Shown: positions 1-11,150 of the stretch, in pieces
How the letters are laid out: each line of letters starts with the position of its first letter
Numbering within the stretch: position 1 is the first letter of the stretch
Source: Lytechinus pictus
Taxonomy: Eukaryota
Length of the DNA: 64,000 nucleotides
Assembly: GCF_037042905.1 (NCBI RefSeq)
Contig: NC_087246.1
Location: forward strand, 5,272,001-5,336,000
Direction: 5' to 3'
The notes under the pieces: model-generated
What the model saw: the letters and a program-made list of their open reading frames with translations, nothing else
Databases searched by the model: none
Told to the model about the DNA's origin: nothing
Made by a program: the position numbers and the translations under genes

Positions 1-3000
1 AATGGGTTCTGCGTCGAACACTGTCACTCGATTCAATCGACGAAAATCTACGCAGAAACGGTTTGTCCCATCAGCTTTTCCAACTAACACAATTGGCGAT
101 GAATAAGGAGACTCAGACTGCTCAATCACTCCCATCTCGAGCATCTTCTTGACTTCTTCCTCAATTGTGTTCTTGCGAGCATGTGCAGTGGGGTATGGTC
201 TCTGACGTACTGGCTCATCTGTAGTCAGCTTGATTGAATGAGTGCCCAACTTACACTCTCCTGGAAGATCAGTAAGGACTTCCCTGTAATCAAGTAACAA
301 AGACTTTACCTCACGCTTCTGCTCCTTAGATAAGTTCTTGCACACTGAAACATCTTCTGTCGTCTCAGTTGCTTCAAGTGGAGGGAGATGAATACTGATG
401 GACTTGAGCTTCCCTGACATCGGACTAGCTTCACTGTCATCATCCTCGGTCACGACAACAGCTTGAGCGCTAACCGCTGGATCTTCATCACCCGTCAAAG
501 ACTCTTCTCTGTCTTCTTCTCTGCTGATATAACGTTTCAACAAATTAGCATGGAAAGTCTTAAGTTTTCCATTAATGTCTAACCTATAATCCTGATCACT
601 GAGCTTGTGCACAACAGTGAATGGACCTTTCCACTGTACTAACAATTTGTTGTGTTCAGTAGGTAACAACAACAAAACTTGATCTCCTACCTGAAATCTT
701 CTCTCCCTACTCTTCGAGTTGTAGTACTTTGAACTTCTTTCCATCGACTTCCTCAGCTCTTGCTGTGCAACCTCTAGCGTCGATTCCAGTCGTTCCTTCA
801 GCTCGACTACATACTGGTAGGTTGATTTCAACTCCTCATTCTGCTGCTTACCCGTCCAAAGTTCCTTGAGAATCATTAAGGGTCCTCTTACAGTGCGTCC
901 GTACAGGAGTTCGAAAGGTGAGAAACCCATAGAAGCCTGAGGAGCCTCCCTGTAAGCAAACAAAATAGGTGCGAGATACCGATCCCAATCAGAGGGACGG
1001 TCTGAACAAGTTCTTCGTAAAATCTTCTTCAACGTGCCGTTGAATCGTTCAACGAGCCCATTGCAGGCAGGGTGATATGGGGTCGTCATCATTTGCTTTA
1101 TTGAAAGCAACTTCCCAATATCCTTCATAAGATCAGAGGTGAACTGAGTGCCCCGATCTGACAAAATCTCCTGTGGTACACCGACTCTGGAGAAAATCTG
1201 AACAAGTGCCTCTGCAACAGTAGTTGTCTCTATGTTGGGCAAGGCTACCGCCTCTGGGTACCTAGTAGCACAATCAACCACTGTAAGAATATACCTATTC
1301 TTCCTGGAAGTGATAGGTTGAATCGGTCCTATCAAATCAACAGCTATTCTCTTGAATGGAACATCGATAATTGGCATCTTGCCAAGAGGAACTCGTGGGA
1401 CCCTTCCCTTGCTAATAGTTCTCTGACAGATATCACACGACTGGCAGAATCTACTCACATCTGCTTGTAATCCTGGCCAAAAGAAACTCAACATTATCTT
1501 ATCTGAAGTCTTTTTGACACCCTGATGTCCACCCATAATACCTTCATGTGCCAGTTTCATAACAACCTTCCGATAGGGCTTAGGCACAACAAGTTGCACA
1601 ACCTGGTTTCCATTCACAACACTACTTGGTTGGAAAACTCTATGCAGCAAACCATCCTGAAAGAAAAAATAATTTCTCTTACCTTCTTTGCTACCATCCT
1701 CGGTCTCAGCAAGTTCTCTTGCCTTCTTAAGTGTAGGATCTGCTAACTGTGCTTCCTGTATATCCTGTGGAGAAACTTCTGGAATGGGAGACATTACCTT
1801 CAAAGGAGCTTGCTTTCTCTCAGCAGCTTTAACCTGTGACCTCGTCTCAACAGCCATCCCCACCTCAGACAAAGCATTATCTGTGACAACATTACCTGAT
1901 GTCGGCATTCCCCAATTTGGATTCGGCGCATCTGGAGGAAGGACATTCTGGATATTTCCTACAATAACATCAAACAGTGGTGCTCGTACACAAAGCGCCA
2001 CAACGGTTCCTACAAAAAACGGACAATCAATATGTATCGTAGCCGTAGGATACCAACGTACCGTACCATCAATGAGAATACACAGCTTGTATTTCCCAGT
2101 CATCTGATCCTTCTTGACTAGTTTCTTCCGAATCACAACACAAGTACACCCTGTGTCTCTAAGAACAGAAACTGTCTGAGAATTCACAATACCATCAGTA
2201 ACAGGCATTAGTTCGCGTAACTTACCTTTACAAGTCGCACACATCTCAGATATTTTCTTCTTCTGTTTCTTTCTCTGTTTCCTCGTAGGTCTTGTCTGGT
2301 CCATACCTGAGGCAGACATCATGACAAACAGCCCACTCTCAAGCTGGGATGTATCACTGCCATCACCTAAATCTTTAGAAGAAGAACACGTAGGACATGG
2401 ATCATGAGATTTAGTCTTACCTGAAGACTTCCTATGTTTATTGGTTTTGGACCCAATATCTACAAAACTTCCACCCTTCTCAGGTTTTGATTTAGAACTT
2501 GACTTACAATTTCTTGCAAGGTGACCCATTTGATCACACAGATAGCAAGGACCAATTTGCTTTCGGCCCTTAGGCTTTTCCCTATGAAAACCATCACTCT
2601 TTGTTTCAGACTTATGAGGTGTCATTACTTTGGTTTCCTTTCTTGGACCCTTGAAATGACCACCATGTGCTGAAATATAAATCTGAGCAGTTTCAGTCAT
2701 TTCCCTTGTCGACTGAGGAGTACGCTCTCTCAGGTAAATAGCTAATCCTGGATTTATCTGCTCTAAGAACTGCTGTCTAATTATCAAATCTTTCAACCCT
2801 TCAAATGATTTGGCTGTATCTGTCAGATCTACCCATCTCTCGAAGTAATGTTCTAACCTCGCCATAAACTGACCAGCAGACTCTCCTGTCTCTGGAGTTG
2901 CTCTGTAGAACTTCTTCCGGAAGTCATCTGCAGACATCTGGTATCTACGAAGGAGGGCGTCCTTGAGAGTTGAATACTTAGCAGCTTCATCTGGTGCCAA

Positions 3001-3420
3001 CCTACTGTAGACTTCTAGAGCCTTCCCCTGTAGAAGTGCACCTAAATTAATGGCCCAACAATCACTTTGCCATTTCTGACTATTTGCGTACCTTTCAAAA
3101 CGCTCTAGGTATGCATCTATGTTATCCCTACTTTCGTCAAAGTGAGGTAACTTTGGGACTTTTGTCAAACTATGGGTTCGCATACTGTTATTTCCTAACT
3201 GGGATTCATTACCCTTATTAGCCTGCACTAAGGCCAACTGTTTATCTAATATATTTTCCTCTAACTGCTTTAACTCAATTTCCTGTCTCCTATCTTCCCT
3301 TACAGTTGCTCTCTCTTCTCTTGCTTGTTGTTCTCTATCCTTAATGAAATCCAACAAGTCTTTACCCACTAATCCTAACTCCTTACCTAAGTTAATCAAT
3401 TTTTCATCAATAGAATCCAT
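1..3420 (-). CDS. Gag-Pol polyprotein of a Gmr1-type Ty3/Gypsy LTR retrotransposon (gag, CCHC knuckle, protease, integrase, start of RT); runs off the left edge
   Basis: Read manually from ATG at 3420 (MDSIDEKLINLGKELG...). Gag: PKLPHFDESRDNIDAYLERFERYA...WAINLGALLQGKALEVY. Zn knuckle CYLCDQMGHLARNC (2547-2506). Protease LRDTGC (~2160-2146). Integrase H..H..C..C (AHEGIMGGH...CQSCDIC), core VDLIG / SDRGTQF / NGLVERFN, and WKGPF. Then RT N-terminus PVRQRPY...SPYSSPIVLV...RFCVDFRRLN. Start, knuckle, protease and window edge were checked to be in the same frame. Absent from the ORF track, presumably because it has no stop inside the window. Confidence 0.95.
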   Translation of the reverse strand, partial: MDSIDEKLINLGKELGLVGKDLLDFIKDREQQAREERATVREDRRQEIELKQLEENILDKQLALVQANKGNESQLGNNSMRTHSLTKVPKLPHFDESRDNIDAYLERFERYANSQKWQSDCWAINLGALLQGKALEVYSRLAPDEAAKYSTLKDALLRRYQMSADDFRKKFYRATPETGESAGQFMARLEHYFERWVDLTDTAKSFEGLKDLIIRQQFLEQINPGLAIYLRERTPQSTREMTETAQIYISAHGGHFKGPRKETKVMTPHKSETKSDGFHREKPKGRKQIGPCYLCDQMGHLARNCKSSSKSKPEKGGSFVDIGSKTNKHRKSSGKTKSHDPCPTCSSSKDLGDGSDTSQLESGLFVMMSASGMDQTRPTRKQRKKQKKKISEMCATCKGKLRELMPVTDGIVNSQTVSVLRDTGCTCVVIRKKLVKKDQMTGKYKLCILIDGTVRWYPTATIHIDCPFFVGTVVALCVRAPLFDVIVGNIQNVLPPDAPNPNWGMPTSGNVVTDNALSEVGMAVETRSQVKAAERKQAPLKVMSPIPEVSPQDIQEAQLADPTLKKARELAETEDGSKEGKRNYFFFQDGLLHRVFQPSSVVNGNQVVQLVVPKPYRKVVMKLAHEGIMGGHQGVKKTSDKIMLSFFWPGLQADVSRFCQSCDICQRTISKGRVPRVPLGKMPIIDVPFKRIAVDLIGPIQPITSRKNRYILTVVDCATRYPEAVALPNIETTTVAEALVQIFSRVGVPQEILSDRGTQFTSDLMKDIGKLLSIKQMMTTPYHPACNGLVERFNGTLKKILRRTCSDRPSDWDRYLAPILFAYREAPQASMGFSPFELLYGRTVRGPLMILKELWTGKQQNEELKSTYQYVVELKERLESTLEVAQQELRKSMERSSKYYNSKSRERRFQVGDQVLLLLPTEHNKLLVQWKGPFTVVHKLSDQDYRLDINGKLKTFHANLLKRYISREEDREESLTGDEDPAVSAQAVVVTEDDDSEASPMSGKLKSISIHLPPLEATETTEDVSVCKNLSKEQKREVKSLLLDYREVLTDLPGECKLGTHSIKLTTDEPVRQRPYPTAHARKNTIEEEVKKMLEMGVIEQSESPYSSPIVLVGKADGTNRFCVDFRRLNRVTVFDAEPI

Positions 3421-3872
3421 TATGAAAACTTAACCAGGCAGGACTATTGTATCAAAAGGTTAAAATTCTATCTGAGAAAATAACTTCTTCCAAACACGCG
3501 CGCAAAGTTACGCAAAATGATTACTTACCAAAGAATCAAGAACACTTTAACCGACTTGGAAGACTTGCATCCGATTTCCGTTCTAATCACCAAATCACAA
3601 CTATTCCTATTATTGAAGAGAATACAAAACATTCAAAGAGAAGTAGCATTAACGATCAAAACGGTAAATAATATTCACATGAAATTACATTCTATGGAGT
3701 ATCCTGCTTTGACTTGATAATATCTAATATATCCCATTATACAAAGCAAAAATAATGTCCAAGAACAATCTGTGAATATTCTTAGGTAGAAAAATTCCAA
3801 ATTTGTACTTCACAAAATGAAAATATCTATTTCACTTTTGGTAATAAAGAAGTATAAGAGGAAACCTAATTC

Positions 3873-3912
3873 TGCGAGAGGTCCCGGGTTCGACTCCCGG
3901 ACAAGCCCCCCA
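3873..3912 (-). promoter_or_regulatory. Primer-binding site complementary to the 3' half of tRNA-Pro
   Basis: The plus strand reads TGCGAGAGGTCCCGGGTTCGACTCCCGGACAAGCCCCCCA, matching the tRNA-Pro 3' half with CCA. It lies 3 nt inside the LTR end (minus strand ...TGACA TTT TGG...). Confidence 0.85.
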
Positions 3913-3915
3913 AAA

Positions 3916-5319
3916 TGTCACACCTGAATAAATTCAAATGGACATAACTTGTGTCGAATGGTGACTCTCTCGACTCACTACTGTAAAACTAAATAAATAA
4001 CCATGGAAGACAATTATTATTTAGTTCAACAAATAAAATATGTTTAGTTTTATTACTCGTTTTCCGGCTTCAACTTCCAACATTTAAATTCAATCTTCTG
4101 GTTTTGGTGGACCAGAATAAACAGAAGATAAACAATAATAACAAAAATATATTCAACTCGAAGGAAGTTACACAATAGTATATATATGGTTACAAAACAA
4201 TGCTTTAAGTCTCTAGAGGGTATAAATGAAATAACCCACTTTAATCAACTGTTGCTTCCTGCTAAAAATTCATGAGGAGTAACGAATGAGTAAAACGAGC
4301 GATGATAAACGACCATCATCAGATCTTGTCAGCGAGGGTGCTGTCCGTTCTTGGTGGGTGCCCTCTAATAAACCTTTACTCCTACTCTTGACTGGTCTGG
4401 TCAATGGCTGAAAATGAGCTGCCAGACTTCTTTACTTCTGAAGAACCACCAGGTAGATGAAGAAGAACCCATCTACAATTAAACAATTTCCAAAACTTAA
4501 AAAGTCTACGGAATACATATAGGACAATAACCATAACATAATAGGTTATCTATATTCAAGGAAACATCATTTCCCTAGCTTAATTCAAGTAATCAAGTAT
4601 AATCTAGAATGACATAATTCGGTCATTGAAAAGAAAGCATCATCATTTCTCTTAAATCTAAAATTTCATACAAAGAAATTCCATGACATGAGAAACACTT
4701 TCCATAATCCATTAATGCTTAGGAAAAGCAAAGTTTCTTATATATTTTAAGAATATCATTTTAAGACCTTTCAATATTTCAACAGATGGAATTCTTGTTG
4801 ACATATAATAATCTTTTAATGAAAAAATATAGTTAGCATCTTTCACATCTCACATTTTAGAGGTTTTCTTTGACCTTTTGTTATTCTCAATGAATAATAA
4901 AAATCCAAGACATAAATGAGACAAAAAAACAACTAAACTTACAGTTTGACTGGGATGACTAAATGCAGGAAATCAGGAACAGGCCTCCATGTTGGTTTAG
5001 TGAATCTTGACTCTGGAATATAGTTTTATTGCAGCGCAAGTGTTTGGCTTAAAACTCTAACTCTCCATTTCCAATCACCCAACTGGACCCAAGGACCAAT
5101 AGGTCCTGCCTGTGTGAAAGCTGTGCAGATAGTGAGGTACTCCTGCTAAAACAGGCAACCCACCCAGTTAAAAAATGCTGAGTATGTTAATTACAATTAA
5201 GTGCGATGGAGCCTAACCACTGAGCCTAACTACTCACTATTCACTCCAGAGCACTATTGTGCATTACATAATACAAAGGATTAAGAATACACTTGAGGGG
5301 GAAGGTTGAATCTCTAACA
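3916..5319 (-). mobile_element. 5' LTR (~1.4 kb) of the Gypsy/Gmr1 element
   Basis: Minus-strand termini TGTTA...TGACA. The inner end abuts the PBS. At the outer end (5320) the sequence switches abruptly to a host repeat that has an uninterrupted inverted copy near 57590-57625. The second LTR is outside the window. Confidence 0.8.
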
Positions 5320-7168
5320 AATATGAAGTTTAAATATCAAGTTTGGAAGTCAATATACAAAACATGTTTCACCTCGGAAATCGAACTTTCATTATTTTGT
5401 GTGATTTACAAATTTATTTTAAAAAGGGCTCTGTAAAAATATCAGTTTTATGGTCTGAATATTAAAATTTTCTGCTCACGCTGCGCGCTTGCAAATTTTG
5501 ATTTATCAGGTACCTATTATTTTCGTGTATTCCATAAAGTTTTCAAAATATCCCTTTTCAGGTCTGATTGTCTAAATGTATCAGCTAGCGCTGCACGCTC
5601 GCATTTTGATTGGCGAGTTATGTATGTCTCAATATTGATTATACAACAAACTACTTAAAATCCCCTTTTCATGACAGTGTATATAAAATTTAGGCTCGCA
5701 ATTTGCGCTCGCATTAATGGTTAATAATATATTAACTGATGCATCCTAGTTATAATTACAAAAGTGCTTGAAATGTCAAGTTTTCAGGCCATCACATCAT
5801 CAGATTTCGCACCCTCATTAGGTATTAATGAATAAGATATTCATTTAATAATTGATCAATTTTTTTTCATCTTGCGCTTAACAATTAGAGGAATAGGAAG
5901 ACAGTCGTCATTTTCATATTATGTCCTACGGATGTGCCGGTACGTCCTATGTCAAAACTCAAAGTAATAATAATGAAAATATCAGCTCTTTATTAAGTGC
6001 GATCCATATCCACCTCACAATTTTCCTACAAAGTGCTTGAAATATAAAGCTGAAATTGACTCTTTTTTCAGATCGGAATATCAAATAGTTTAAGCTCGCG
6101 CTCTTCGCGCTCGCTTGATTTTCACGATAAAAGATGTATAGAATGCCTATATTCTATATAGGTCTAAATATGACACACGCGCGCGCATTTTTATTCGATA
6201 CTCAACTTTTTCTCTATTCAAATCATTATCCAGTTTCAGATCACAATATCAAAAATTTTCTGCTCGCGCTTTGTCACGGTGCTCGCATTATTAATGTAGA
6301 AAGATCCCTTATTACTCATTCTATTCATGATTTACAAAACATGAATAGACTGTCCCGTTTTTAGGTCTAAATTTTTTTTTTCCGCTCGTGCTTTACGCTC
6401 GCATCAATTGTTAGTTATAAAGCTATTTTGTTTACGATTATAAAAATTGATAGAAATCTAAATTTTTTTCAGCTCGCGCTTCGCGCTCGCATTATTTGAT
6501 TGCTGAAATATGTAACGTCTTCATGGCTAAGTGGCAGTCCTTAACAGGTACCTTTTCGAAGAGTTCAAAACGCATATTGAAATTTTCTGCTCGCGCTTTG
6601 CGCTCGCATTATAAATGTAAGGAAGATCCCCAATTACTCATCCTTTTCACGATTCACCAAACATGAATAGAGTGTCTCGTTCAGTTTAAGTTACAATTTC
6701 CATTCTTTGGATTAAGAATTTCCATTCTTTGGATAAAAATGTCATAAATTTCATTTCTCGATTCGCACTGGCATTATTTGATTCGTCTTCATGGCTAACA
6801 GCATGCAGTCTTTAACAGGTACCTTTTCCATCAGTTCATTTCTGCTCGCGCTCCGTGTTCGTAGTAATTATTTAGTTGCATACACATCTTTATTAGGATA
6901 ACAAACATTGCCCCCAGAACGTTCAAATTTTAGGAAAAAATACATAAGTTTTCCAAAAATTTAGCTCGCGCTTCGCGCTCGCATTATATAAATAAGGATT
7001 ATGATATTGTATATATATGTTGATTAATAAGAATAAAGCTAAAAAGTGACTGTTAGGACTACCCCTTCAAAGAAACCAAAAATCATCTTCGAGCGGCCGA
7101 TCGGGGAAAATATGGCTGAAAAAAAATTCGGCCCCCCCCCCTATTGGCGAAGGCTGGATCCGCCCCTG
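5320..7168 (-). mobile_element. Non-autonomous hAT-like DNA transposon fragment interrupted by the Gypsy element
   Basis: Ends in CTGGATCCGCCCCTG. It is a diverged inverted copy of 55976-57625 and contains recurring GCTCGCGCTTCGCGCTCGC motifs. Confidence 0.75.
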
Positions 7169-7721
7169 TGGTGTAATGATAATATTAAGACCTGAAAATT
7201 TGACATTTTAAGCACTTTCTTTAACTATGAATAGGATGCAAGGGTACAAATATTTTTTAACAATGCAGGAGCAAATTGCGAGCCGAAATTTATGATAAAA
7301 CTGTCATGAAAAGGGGAATTTTCAGTAGTTTTTTTTTAATATTAATATAGTTATATACATAACTCATCTGTATCCGTCTTTAAAAAGGCGTTTGCCATTT
7401 TCTTGTTTATTCATTGGCAAGAAAGAATGCCTATATATTGCAATTCTTGCGTAAATGTACCTTCACAAAAGTTCCAACGATATATAGAACATTTTCCGCG
7501 CGGAGAGCGCGGAAAATCATAATTTTGTATTGTACTATAAACGTACTAAAAAACAAATTTATACTGTATTTGGTTAATTTGCCAATTTCTGTGTAAATTA
7601 ATAGTTTTATTTTCTTTTTGCACTTACGGAATTATTGGGGGGGGGGGCAAAACGCTATGCTTGCCCCCAATATTTTCGTTGGTGGGGCGATCGCCCCCCC
7701 CCCCCAGGATCGACGCCTCTG
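7169..7721 (+). mobile_element. 3' part of a hAT-like MITE with the same terminus as 53066-53943
   Basis: Ends TTGGTGGGGCGATCGCCCC...CAGGATCGACGCCTCTG, as at 53888-53943. Confidence 0.7.
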
Positions 7722-7894
7722 TCTGAAGCGTAGTGTTCTGTATCTTAGCATACGCAAGGATCCAGCTGAAGCGTGGCGGCTTCCGGCTTGTCAATCTCGT
7801 CTACACCCAACAAAGGAAAATTTGTGAGGTCGAAAATCTATTTATCTGTCGGTCAATTGGATCGGGCTCGCCCTATTCAAAATCCCTTCTCTGT

Positions 7895-7960
7895 GGGTAT
7901 GGTGGTTTGGTGGTTGAGGCACTGGCGTTCTAAGCTCGGGTCCGGGTTCGAATCCCGAAA
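7895..7960 (+). other. Degenerate tRNA-like (SINE-head-like) sequence
   Basis: A-box-like TGGTTTGGTGG and B-box GGTTCGAATCC, but poor acceptor stem. A related 3' half (GTTCTAAGCT...CGGGTTCGATTCCCG) occurs at 52076-52112. Confidence 0.45.
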
Positions 7961-8099
7961 GACATTTTAATCGGCCTCACCAAAAGTCATACAAGCATCA
8001 AAAGAAATCAATATCTTATTTTTTGGTAACTTTTTAAGTTAATTTGACGGTCATCCAGGTGTTACTGCATAGAATTCTCCATTTGAAAGTTATGTTTAA

Positions 8100-8690
8100 A
8101 GGAGTGCTACAGGCTGAAAAAAATATGATTTGAACAGATAAAGAAAAATCAGACAAACAAAATACTGAAAAATTGATCAAAATCGGACAATGAATATCAA
8201 AGCTAGAGCATTTCAAAGATTTGCATTATTCCAGTGAAACAGTTCCAGGCATGTTTTAATGAATATTCAATGAGCAAACTGATAATGTCATATCCCCACT
8301 TGTTCTTTTGTGTTTTAGTACATGAAATTAAGTTTATTCAATTTTTTCCTACCAGAACCAAGAAAAAATGTATTAACAACTGATTTAGTGCATTAAACTT
8401 TTATTGCTGCAGCTTACTTCATTATAAGGGAGACACACCATTCAAACATAAAACAATTGTGATTTCATGTGATAACATAGGAAAAAGAAAAGTTGGGATG
8501 TGATATTATCAGCCCATCTAATAAATATTAATGACGACGTGCATAAAACTGATTTAAGGAAATATTGCTGGATTTTAAAATCCAATTAGTTCGTTATTTA
8601 TAATCAGATTTTGATGAAATTTCAGTATTTTCATTTGTGAATCCTATTCTATTTATTTACATGTGATTATTTTCAGCCTGGAGTACCCCT
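8100..8690 (+). mobile_element. Kolobok-like MITE (TTAA|AGG...CC|TTAA)
   Basis: TIR AGGAGTGCTACAGGCTGAA / TTCAGCCTGGAGTACCCC with TTAA on both sides. An inverted family copy lies at 47935-48530. Confidence 0.7.
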
Positions 8691-8819
8691 TAAAGGAATT
8701 CTATATATAATTCTTACAGCAAGGTGAACTGAAACCCCTCTTTTTAGTTTTGAATCTCCTTAATAATCCCCCTCCCTCCTGTTTTTTCCGTTCCTTGTGC
8801 GTTGGTAGCATCGTTAAAC

Positions 8820-9476
<657 letters not shown>

Positions 9477-9678
9477 CTTCAGTTCCTTTGTAACCTCTTG
9501 CTAATTCTTTCTAGTGCTTCTTTCATTCGTCTTTTCCATCTACCCCCTAATCTTCTCCTTTATTTCTTCCTACTTCACTTTGTTTATTTCTTTCTCCATT
9601 TTCTGCAGGACACTGACTTAAAGGTACAGGATTTTAGCAGTTTTCTATCAGGCAAGAGTGATCCTTACATCTCTAATC

Positions 9679-10668
9679 ATGAACCCAACCCTAGCTATGA
9701 CAGAAGAGATACCAGGATCGCGTGGCTTCCTACTCGTGTACAACCGTACTGAGCGATTAGTTGGTTTCACGTTGTTGCCCATCCTTCTAATCGTTACCCT
9801 TCTCATCGTTGGGTTCACTAATTACGTTCTTGCGACCTGCTCAACAACCCGACAACAGAACTTGATTAACTTCTTTCGCATTTTGAATGTCTTAGATGGA
9901 CCCTTATTCATTTCTGAATTCATCGATGTGGCTCTCGAAATGACCCAAACAATATCCCCATCTATCATTTGTTGGATTCGACCAATGCTGAACCAGATGC
10001 TACCCTTTCCTGTAATCCTCATATATATGAGTCTCCATTTGGATCGACATCTCATGTTTTTTAAACCTCTTCGATACGTTACCTTGGCGAGTCCACAAAG
10101 AGTAAAGATGGTCTTAATTTTCATTTCCGTTATATCATTGTTGTATTTTGTGTCTTTTCTACCCATCCCTGGTTTCCCATTCACTTGTTATTTCTTGCCT
10201 TTGTCCCCTATTAACGGCACACTTCAAAATACTTCTACAATTGACACTAGGATCAAAATAAAGTCACTTGCTTTCATCTCGCCGTTTTACCTGTCCATTG
10301 TATTGCTTACCATCAGCAGTGTCAGCATAAGCATTCTTTCATTCAAACAGGCAGTTAGGATTCAACGAGAGTTTCGTAGGATTAATCAGGAAGGTGATGG
10401 AGGTGTCCATGGGGGCGCCCCTCCGGTATCAAGGGTGAAGGGTGTGGTCACTGTCATCGTATCCACAATGTGCTTTTATCTGCAATTTGGTTTCTCCTTG
10501 TTACGTATAGAGAACGAGACGAATTTTAAATCGACCCCGTTAGCGTTGGTCATCTCATCGTTGCAGCAAATATTTGGTTGGTTAGGAACGATAGCGATAG
10601 TAATTACAAATAGTGAGCTACGTCAGCGTGCTCGTATTGTGCTCAAAGACTTGTTTTATAATGATTAA
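9679..10668 (+). CDS. Single-coding-exon rhodopsin-class (family A) 7TM GPCR, divergent, possibly chemosensory; copy 1
   Basis: 329 aa from the first ATG (the track start at 9658 is GTG). About seven hydrophobic segments, TM1 N (FTN), TM2 D (VLD), Cys at the top of TM3, LDRH for DRY, ICL2 KPLRY, helix-8-like NSELR. Polypyrimidine tract plus TTTTCTGCAG acceptor ending at 9609; AATAAA at 10844. Confidence 0.85.
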   Translation: MNPTLAMTEEIPGSRGFLLVYNRTERLVGFTLLPILLIVTLLIVGFTNYVLATCSTTRQQNLINFFRILNVLDGPLFISEFIDVALEMTQTISPSIICWIRPMLNQMLPFPVILIYMSLHLDRHLMFFKPLRYVTLASPQRVKMVLIFISVISLLYFVSFLPIPGFPFTCYFLPLSPINGTLQNTSTIDTRIKIKSLAFISPFYLSIVLLTISSVSISILSFKQAVRIQREFRRINQEGDGGVHGGAPPVSRVKGVVTVIVSTMCFYLQFGFSLLRIENETNFKSTPLALVISSLQQIFGWLGTIAIVITNSELRQRARIVLKDLFYND

Positions 10669-10854
10669 GCTTTTCGTATATGCTAGAGAATATCATCAAC
10701 CCACATCTTCAAAGCTTAGGAGGTTCGATAGATTGACAATGATTCCTTAAGTCCAGGAAGTATTATGCGAAACTATTAAAGAATTTTAGTTTCTCAAGTA
10801 CCATGAAAAGAAAGAAAATAATTTTTTAAAAATGAATGAAATGAATAAAACTTT

Positions 10855-10951
10855 TAATAATAATAATATCTAACAATAATAATTATTATAGTAATAATGA
10901 TTATAATAATGATGATATTAATAATAGTGCTTAAAACTAAAATAAAAACAA

Positions 10952-10993
<42 letters not shown>

Positions 10994-10996
10994 AAC

Positions 10997-11027
<31 letters not shown>

Positions 11028-11150
11028 GCTATCACCACCACCACTACTACTACTACTACTTCTTCTATTGCTAGTTCTACTACTACTACTATTACCACCA
11101 CTACTACTTCTTCTTCTATTGCTACTACTACTACTACTATCACAACCACC
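10855..11150 (+). repeat. (AAT)n/(CTA)n microsatellite, copy 1 (copy 2 at 14690-14985)
   Basis: Direct reading; source of the poly-L/S/V ORFs. Confidence 0.95.

Noticed and set aside
1525..2107. Plus-strand ORFs of 73 and 139 aa
   Set aside because: Antisense shadows of the Gag-Pol frame.
3873..3912. Possible tRNA-Pro gene
   Set aside because: Only the 3' half with encoded CCA, positioned at the LTR edge, so it is a PBS.
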